A stretch of DNA of 64,000 nt from an uncultured Desulfospira sp. (GTDB lineage Bacteria > Desulfobacterota > Desulfobacteria > Desulfobacterales > Desulfobacteraceae). How positions within the stretch are numbered: the first letter of the stretch is position 1; each line of letters starts with the position of its first letter. The position numbers and the translations under genes were made by a program. The stretch lies in contig OY760175.1 in NCBI GenBank assembly GCA_963663165.1, positions 4,544,001-4,608,000 of the forward strand, read 5' to 3'. This document shows, in pieces, positions 58,203-64,000 of this stretch. The notes beneath the pieces were generated by a model that was not told the origin of the DNA, did no database searches, and worked only from the letters and a program-made list of their open reading frames with translations.

Positions 58203-59582
58203 ATGGAACAAATATCGTGTCCCGACCGCCCTGTTTTCATTGTTGATGACGAACCAGAGATCCTGCTGGCCGTTGATACCACCCTTCGAATGGCCGGCAT
58301 GGACAATGTGATTACCATCAGCGATTCAAGGGATGTGATCCGTCAGATGGAGCGGAGCGTCCCGAGCCTGGTCCTGCTCGACCTGAACATGCCCCACATC
58401 AACGGGGGAAAACTCTTAAAAATTATCCGGAAAACATGGCCCCGGATTCCGGTCATTGTGCTTACCGGCACCATTGAGGTGGATACGGCGGTCCGGTGCA
58501 TGAAAATCGGTGCCATGGATTATCTGATCAAGCCCGTGGAAGAGGAAAAGCTTCTGAATGTGGTGAAACATGCCCTGGATGAAAGTTCGGAAACCGGAAC
58601 CGTCAGTCAGCCCAAAGATCTTTTTGACCAGGTTAAGCATCCCGAAGCCTTCCGGCATATCATCACCCAGGATGAGCAGATGCATTCCATCTTTCATTAT
58701 ATTGAGGCGGTGGCCCCGTCGTCCAAGCCGGTTCTGATCTTCGGGGAAACCGGGGTTGGCAAAGAACTGGTGGGAAGGTCCATCCATGCCCTGAGCAACA
58801 GAAAAGGGCAGCTGGTGGTGGTCAATGTGGCCGGCTTAGATGACAATGTGTTTTCCGACACCTTGTTCGGCCATGTCAAGGGGGCGTTTACCGGTGCTGA
58901 GAAATCCAGATCCGGCCTGATTGAACAGGCCGCCGGCGGAACCCTTCTTTTAGATGAGATCGGGGATCTGGCCCTGGTCTCCCAGGTAAAGCTGTTGCGG
59001 CTGCTCCAGGAAGGGGAATACCTGCCTTTGGGGTGTGACCGGACCCGCCATTCCGATGTCAGGATTATTGCCTCCACCAACCAGGATCTCTGGGCCCTTG
59101 AAAAAAATGGGGAGTTCAGAAAGGATTTGATTTACCGGCTGTCCACCCATACCTTGACCCTGCCGCCTCTAAGGGAAAGACTTCTGGATCTTCCGCTGCT
59201 GTTGGACCGGTTTGTCTGCCAGGCCGCAGACGAGCTGGACAAGCCGGTTCCCGATATCCCCAAAAATCTTATTGAACAATTGGAGTCTTATCCCTTTAAG
59301 GGGAATATCCGGGAACTCAAATCCATGGTATACGATGCCCTGTCCCGGCATAAAGAGGGGCCCATTACCGCAGAGCTGTTCAAAGGGCTGGCCGATATAG
59401 ATTTACAGCTGCTGGATGAGGATGGGCCGGATTCTGATCTGCCCACATTAAAGGATGCATCCCGGGAACTGGTGGAGCGGGCCATGGCCCGGACCGGGGG
59501 AAATCAGTCGGCAGCTGCCAAAATTCTGGGGATCTCCCAGCAGGCGTTGAGCAAGCGGCTGCAAAAGATGAAAACCGAATAG
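58203..59582 (+). CDS. Sigma-54-dependent response regulator (NtrC family bEBP)
   Basis: Receiver domain; GETGVGKE, GAFTGA, LDEIGD and GNIREL; Fis HTH GNQSAAAKILGIS. Confidence 0.95.
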   Translation: MEQISCPDRPVFIVDDEPEILLAVDTTLRMAGMDNVITISDSRDVIRQMERSVPSLVLLDLNMPHINGGKLLKIIRKTWPRIPVIVLTGTIEVDTAVRCMKIGAMDYLIKPVEEEKLLNVVKHALDESSETGTVSQPKDLFDQVKHPEAFRHIITQDEQMHSIFHYIEAVAPSSKPVLIFGETGVGKELVGRSIHALSNRKGQLVVVNVAGLDDNVFSDTLFGHVKGAFTGAEKSRSGLIEQAAGGTLLLDEIGDLALVSQVKLLRLLQEGEYLPLGCDRTRHSDVRIIASTNQDLWALEKNGEFRKDLIYRLSTHTLTLPPLRERLLDLPLLLDRFVCQAADELDKPVPDIPKNLIEQLESYPFKGNIRELKSMVYDALSRHKEGPITAELFKGLADIDLQLLDEDGPDSDLPTLKDASRELVERAMARTGGNQSAAAKILGISQQALSKRLQKMKTE

Positions 59583-59654
59583 TGTTGGGCGGCCATTAAC
59601 CCATCTGCGGCGTTGCAGTAAACATGGCATCAGGATAAATTACAGTCCAAACAC
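59582..59654. mobile_element. MITE-like element family B, internally deleted copy 3 (73 bp, opposite orientation)
   Basis: GTGTTGGGCGGCCATTAACCCATCTGCGGCGTTGC and GCATCAGGATAAATTACAGTCCAAACAC match the reverse complements of the two ends of 52807-52950. Confidence 0.65.
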
Positions 59655-59670
59655 GGCTCTTTGCCTGGCC

Positions 59671-59773
59671 CACAACAAAAGTTGTGTTTACAATTTTTGT
59701 TGTGAATCGGCTGGATGGTCTTCCCTGTAAGCGGTATTTCCATTCTTTGTTTATTCCTACAATAAAAGTTGTA
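59671..59773. promoter_or_regulatory. Three bEBP enhancer palindromes YACAAY-N4-GTTGTR
   Basis: CACAACAAAAGTTGTG 59671-59686; TACAATTTTTGTTGTG 59689-59704; TACAATAAAAGTTGTA 59758-59773. Confidence 0.75.
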
Positions 59774-59846
59774 TTTATGCGACCCGGTTTTTACGGGATG
59801 ATTTTGAATATTCTTTAAAATCAGCATGATAGCCTTTCCATTTATT

Positions 59847-59862
59847 TGGCATAATTATTGCA
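59847..59862 (+). promoter_or_regulatory. Sigma-54 promoter
   Basis: TGGCATAATTATTGCA = TGGCA-N6-TTGCA with exact GG-N10-GC spacing. Confidence 0.82.
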
Positions 59863-59872
59863 ATATTTAGGT

Positions 59873-60065
59873 GTTGCATTGCAAAGCCTGTTGAGTGTCA
59901 CAAGGAACTGACACCATAGACCCCTGGGCCCTGGTTTCCGTGTGAAACCGGGGTCTGCTTTGGTCCGGGACGTGATCGGGGTCCCGGGCCAAACAGGGTC
60001 CGTAAAAAAGTTCTTTTCCTCCATAGGGGCCGGAAGGTGTGCTGCCTTTCGGCCCTTTTGCTTTT
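59873..60065 (+). ncRNA. Candidate sigma-54-dependent structured small RNA (~190 nt)
   Basis: Lies between the sigma-54 promoter and an intrinsic terminator. Contains a GGA-loop hairpin, a three-way junction and a single-stranded CU-rich tract. No credible ORF. Confidence 0.65.
60027..60065 (+). terminator. Intrinsic terminator
   Basis: GGGCCGGAAGGT-GTGCT-GCCTTTCGGCCC followed by TTTTGCTTTT. Confidence 0.8.
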
Positions 60066-60236
60066 ATCCTTTAGCTGTCAGCCCGGTCAGGTGATGGTGT
60101 GAAGTATTCAAATTTGGTTAACACCGTTGTTTTTTCCGCCGGTTTCCTTTATAAAATGTACTGCCTGTCATAAAAAAGACCCATATGTTTTTCTAATCTC
60201 AAGGTGAAAATGATTAAGCCCTAAGGATCATACAAC

Positions 60237-61928
60237 ATGCCCGAATATGAGTTGACCCATCTGCTGGTGGATGATGAGCAGCATATGGTTTTGAAAAAAC
60301 TGACATCTTCCATGCCCGATGTGATTTTAAACGACCGGCAGATTTGTGATTTTGAGCTGCTGGTTACCGGGGTATTCAGCCCGTTGAAAGGATTCATGAA
60401 CCAAATCGACTATGAGTCGGTTCTGGACCGGATGCGGCTGTCCTCGGGAGAGATCTGGCCGGTTCCCATCTGCCTGGACATTGGCGAAACCCTGGCCAAC
60501 AGTCTTGAAGTCGGCCAGTCCGTGGTTCTCAGGGACCAGGAAGGGTTCCCCTTAGGGGTCATGAACCTTGACGATATCTGGCCTGTGGAACCGGAAAAAG
60601 AGGCGCTAAGTGTATACAACACCCTGGACCAGACCCATCCCGGGGTGGATTACCTGTTTAACAAGTCCGGGCAATATTATATTGGCGGAAGTATTCAGGC
60701 CCTGAACCTGCCCATTCATTCGGATTTCAGGCAGATTCGGATGACCCCTGCAGAGGTGAGAAAGGCCTTTGAAAAACTGGGGTGGAAACGGATTGTGGGG
60801 TTCCAGACCCGGCAGCCCATTCACCGTCCCCAGTTTGAAATGACCATCCAGGCCATGCGCCAGGCCAAGGCCAACCTGCTGCTGCTGCCGGTGGCCGGAA
60901 TTCCCCGGCCTGGTGATTTTGACCATTACACCCGCATGCGCTGCTACCAGAAACTGGAAAGCCATTATCCGCCCAACGCCCACATGATCAACCTGCTGCC
61001 CTTGTCCATGCGCATGGCAGGCCCGAGGGACGCGGTCCTTCACATGATCATCGGCAAGAATTTCGGCTGTACCCATTTTGTCATCGGCCACAACCACGGC
61101 AGCCCGGGGAAGGACAGTGAGGGGAACCCCTTTTACGGCTATGACCAGGCCGCGGAACTGGCCGGGGAGGCCGCAGGAGAGCTGGGCATTGAAGCGGTCT
61201 CTTTCGAGGAAATGGTTTACCTGCCCTTTGATGATGAGTTTAAGCTGGTATCACAGGTTAGAGAGGATCAGGACAGCATCTCTTTTTCCGGCGGTGATAT
61301 CAGAGACCGGATCAGAAACGGAAAACGGGTTCCGGAATGGGCCAGTTTCCCGGAGGTACTGACGGAACTGGACAGATCCTACCCGCCCCCCTCACGCCAG
61401 GGGTTTACCATTTTTTTAACCGGACTTTCCGGTGCCGGCAAATCCACCATTGCCCGGGTCCTGTACTCCCGGTTCATGGAAATCGGGACCCGGCCGGTAT
61501 CTCTTCTGGACGGGGATATCGTGAGAAGAAATTTGTCCAGTGAGCTTAATTTTTCCAAAGAACACCGGGATATCAATGTCCGGCGCATCAGTTTTGTGGC
61601 CTCTGAAATTACCAAAAACAGAGGCATTGCCATCTGTGCCCCCATTGCGCCCTATGAGCGGACCAGAACCGAAATTCGAAAGACCATTGAAGCCTATGGC
61701 GGTTTTTTTGAAATTCACGTGGCCACCCCCATTTCAGAGTGTGAAAAACGAGATCGAAAAGGCATGTATGCCAAGGCAAGGGCCGGGCTTCTCAAGGGGT
61801 TTACCGGCGTGGATGACCCTTACGAAGCCCCGGAGCAGCCGGAGCTGCGGATTGACACCACCAATTTGACCCCCGACGAGGCCGCCCAGGAGGTGTTGCT
61901 GCTGCTCAGTGAAAAGGGATTTGTGTAA
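60237..61928 (+). CDS. cysC: Bifunctional sulfate adenylyltransferase / adenylylsulfate kinase fusion
   Basis: Sat-like N-terminus ([21 protein letters not shown]) plus APS kinase ([31 protein letters not shown]). Confidence 0.9.
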   Translation: MPEYELTHLLVDDEQHMVLKKLTSSMPDVILNDRQICDFELLVTGVFSPLKGFMNQIDYESVLDRMRLSSGEIWPVPICLDIGETLANSLEVGQSVVLRDQEGFPLGVMNLDDIWPVEPEKEALSVYNTLDQTHPGVDYLFNKSGQYYIGGSIQALNLPIHSDFRQIRMTPAEVRKAFEKLGWKRIVGFQTRQPIHRPQFEMTIQAMRQAKANLLLLPVAGIPRPGDFDHYTRMRCYQKLESHYPPNAHMINLLPLSMRMAGPRDAVLHMIIGKNFGCTHFVIGHNHGSPGKDSEGNPFYGYDQAAELAGEAAGELGIEAVSFEEMVYLPFDDEFKLVSQVREDQDSISFSGGDIRDRIRNGKRVPEWASFPEVLTELDRSYPPPSRQGFTIFLTGLSGAGKSTIARVLYSRFMEIGTRPVSLLDGDIVRRNLSSELNFSKEHRDINVRRISFVASEITKNRGIAICAPIAPYERTRTEIRKTIEAYGGFFEIHVATPISECEKRDRKGMYAKARAGLLKGFTGVDDPYEAPEQPELRIDTTNLTPDEAAQEVLLLLSEKGFV

Positions 61929-61968
61929 ATTCAGTATTAACCCTGTAACGTTTACGAGGAAAAACATA

Positions 61969-62994
61969 GTGACTTATGAACAGGCGTTAGCCGACTTAAA
62001 AAACAGATCCTGTGCCTGGCTGATCACCGGATGTGCCGGATTCATCGGATCAAATCTTCTGGAAACTCTTTTGGATTTAGGACAGAAGGTCACCGGGCTG
62101 GATAATTTTTCCACCGGATTTCAGCACAACCTGGACCAGGTCCGGGATATTGTGGGGCCTGAAAAATGGGCCAATTTCAAGTTTATCAAAGGGGATATCA
62201 CGGATCTTGACACCTGCCGTTCGGCCTGTGAGGGCCAGGATTATATTCTTCATGAGGCCGCTTTGGGATCGGTCCCCCGGTCCGTGGCAGACCCCATTAC
62301 CACCAATGAAAACAATATCACCGGTTTCTTGAACATGCTGGTGGCTTCACGGGATGCCAATGTGAGCCGGTTTGTTTATGCGGCCTCGAGTTCCACCTAT
62401 GGGGACCACCCGGGCCTTCCCAAAGTCGAAGATAAAATCGGCGCTCCCCTTTCTCCCTATGCCGTGACCAAATATGTCAATGAACTGTATGCGGCGGTTT
62501 TTGCCTCGACTTACGGGTTTAAGGCCGTTGGGCTCAGATATTTTAACGTGTTCGGCCGGCGCCAGGACCCTTTTGGGGCCTACGCCGCCGTGATCCCCCT
62601 CTGGTTTGCCGCCATTATCAAAGGGGAGCAGGCCTTTATCAACGGGGACGGGGAGACCAGCCGGGATTTTTGTTATATTGACAATTGTGTCCAGGCCAAT
62701 ATCCTGGCCGCCCTTTCCGGGGACGAGGCCGCCGGCCAGGTATACAACGTGGCCTTTGGGGAAAAGACCACCTTAAACCAACTGTTTGATATGATCCGGG
62801 AACGTGTGGCTGCGGTTCACCCCCAATGTGCCGGCGCCAAACCCGAATACCGGGAATTTCGGGCCGGAGACGTGAGGCATTCCCTGGCAGATATTTCAAA
62901 GGCCGGGTCATTATTGGGATATGTGCCCCGGTATTCGGTCCGTGACGGGCTTGATCTTGCGGCCAAATGGTATATGGAAAATTTAATATGTTAA
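61969..62994 (+). CDS. UDP-GlcNAc(A) 4-epimerase, WbpP/TviC-like SDR
   Basis: [22 protein letters not shown] and RYFNVFG; GTG start after GAGG. Confidence 0.9.
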   Translation: MTYEQALADLKNRSCAWLITGCAGFIGSNLLETLLDLGQKVTGLDNFSTGFQHNLDQVRDIVGPEKWANFKFIKGDITDLDTCRSACEGQDYILHEAALGSVPRSVADPITTNENNITGFLNMLVASRDANVSRFVYAASSSTYGDHPGLPKVEDKIGAPLSPYAVTKYVNELYAAVFASTYGFKAVGLRYFNVFGRRQDPFGAYAAVIPLWFAAIIKGEQAFINGDGETSRDFCYIDNCVQANILAALSGDEAAGQVYNVAFGEKTTLNQLFDMIRERVAAVHPQCAGAKPEYREFRAGDVRHSLADISKAGSLLGYVPRYSVRDGLDLAAKWYMENLIC

Positions 62995-63653
62995 AAGACG
63001 GAGAAAAAGGCGTTATCCGCCAAAAAGGAAAAGAGAATATTACTTACGCGATTGCCCCCCACCTGCCCTGCGGCCTGGTCAGTCCGGACCAGCTTCGAAA
63101 GCTTGCCGATACGGCGGATAAGTACCAGGTGGCCGCCCTCAAAGTGACCAGCGCGGCCCGAATCGCTATCGTCGGGCTTACCGAAGATCAGGTAGATCCG
63201 GCCTGGAAAGACCTGGGCATGGACCCGGGACAGGCCACCGGGCTTTGTGTCAGAAGCGTCAAGGCCTGCCCCGGCAGTCAGTTCTGCCGGCTGGCCCAGC
63301 AGGACAGCCTTGCCATGGGCCTGGAACTGGATAAAATTTACCATGGCATGGTGCTTCCCAGCAAAATGAAAATGGGGGTCAGCGGCTGTAAAATCCAATG
63401 CGCTGAAAACTGCATCAAGGATATCGGCTTATACGGTACGCCCAAGGGATGGACTGTTACCATCGGCGGAAACGGCTCGGCCCTGCCCCGGCTTGCCGAT
63501 ATCCTGGCGGAGGATATTCCCCATCAGGAGATTTTAGGGATGGTGGCCCGGGTGGTGGACTACTATAAAGAAAATTCAAAGCGGGAGCGCATGGGCCGGA
63601 TGATTGACCGTCTCGGGCTTGAGAATGTTAAGGCGGATCTTTTGAAAGGCTGA
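62988..63653 (+). CDS. Stand-alone nitrite/sulfite reductase 4Fe-4S/siroheme-domain protein
   Basis: [34 protein letters not shown] and [11 protein letters not shown]. Confidence 0.85.
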   Translation: MLKDGEKGVIRQKGKENITYAIAPHLPCGLVSPDQLRKLADTADKYQVAALKVTSAARIAIVGLTEDQVDPAWKDLGMDPGQATGLCVRSVKACPGSQFCRLAQQDSLAMGLELDKIYHGMVLPSKMKMGVSGCKIQCAENCIKDIGLYGTPKGWTVTIGGNGSALPRLADILAEDIPHQEILGMVARVVDYYKENSKRERMGRMIDRLGLENVKADLLKG

Positions 63654-63715
63654 AAGAGAAAAGGGCGGCCTGGGAAGCTTTATCTTTTTCAGGGGGACGG
63701 GTCCGATTGTGGGGA

Positions 63716-64000
63716 TCAGATGACACCGGTTCCCAGGATCAGGTTAAGGCCCCCATTAAAGATGGTGGCGGGATGAAGTCGGGTCAGGTCTAAGGCTTTC
63801 CATGTCCGCTGGTCCGGGCAGATGATGCCGGTTCGCCATCCCTTAAAATCGGATCGCAGCTTTTGGCCGATTTCACGGTAAAAGTTAAGGGTGTCGCCTG
63901 TTTCCAGCCGTTTGCCATAGGGTGGGTTCAGGATTACCACGCCCTTTCCGGGGGGCATCCCGTCACAATTGATATCAAAGAAGCTGGCCTGCCGGACCTG
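63716..64000 (-). CDS. C-terminal part of an RlmL/THUMP-type RNA methyltransferase (5' end beyond the window)
   Basis: Frame is open to 64000; NPPYGKRL and FNGGL motifs. Confidence 0.8.
   Translation of the reverse strand, partial: QVRQASFFDINCDGMPPGKGVVILNPPYGKRLETGDTLNFYREIGQKLRSDFKGWRTGIICPDQRTWKALDLTRLHPATIFNGGLNLILGTGVI

Noticed and set aside
59630..60024. Minus-strand ORFs 59630..59827 and 59842..60024
   Set aside because: No protein motifs; they overlay enhancer sites, the promoter and the structured RNA, which explain the sequence better.

Overview
Window from a sulfate-reducing Desulfobacterota genome (Desulfobacteraceae-like; inferred from the [NiFeSe] hydrogenase and gene content, not from a search). 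1-26.5 kb (minus strand) is an accessory locus of giant exported proteins. It contains a signal-peptide transglutaminase-like protein, a 5247-aa protein (six Gly-rich repeats, Ig/FN3 stalk, Rhs/YD cage, Cys-rich tip, no immunity gene) and a 1424-aa Ca-binding/dockerin-like protein. A second giant Gly-rich paralog runs off the left edge and is missing from the ORF track. The two transcription units share a sigma-54 promoter and a conserved upstream enhancer block. Next come a FemAB-like/deacetylase-like pair, an ABC importer flanked by two double-cubane-reductase-like genes plus their ATPase activator, five PEP-CTERM-type proteins, and rubrerythrin/ferredoxin. These are followed by a NarL-type signalling cluster with degenerate kinases, a pentaheme cytochrome, the hysBA-hysD hydrogenase operon (Sec UGA), ybgC-like and crcB genes, and a Cache-HK/NtrC pair. 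Directly after that pair lie three enhancer palindromes, a sigma-54 promoter and a highly structured ~190-nt candidate sRNA. The window ends with sat-cysC, a UDP-GlcNAc epimerase, a nitrite/sulfite reductase-like gene and a partial RNA methyltransferase. Two small intergenic repeat families occur. No tRNA, rRNA, CRISPR array or transposase was seen. All family assignments are by motif recognition, without database searches.
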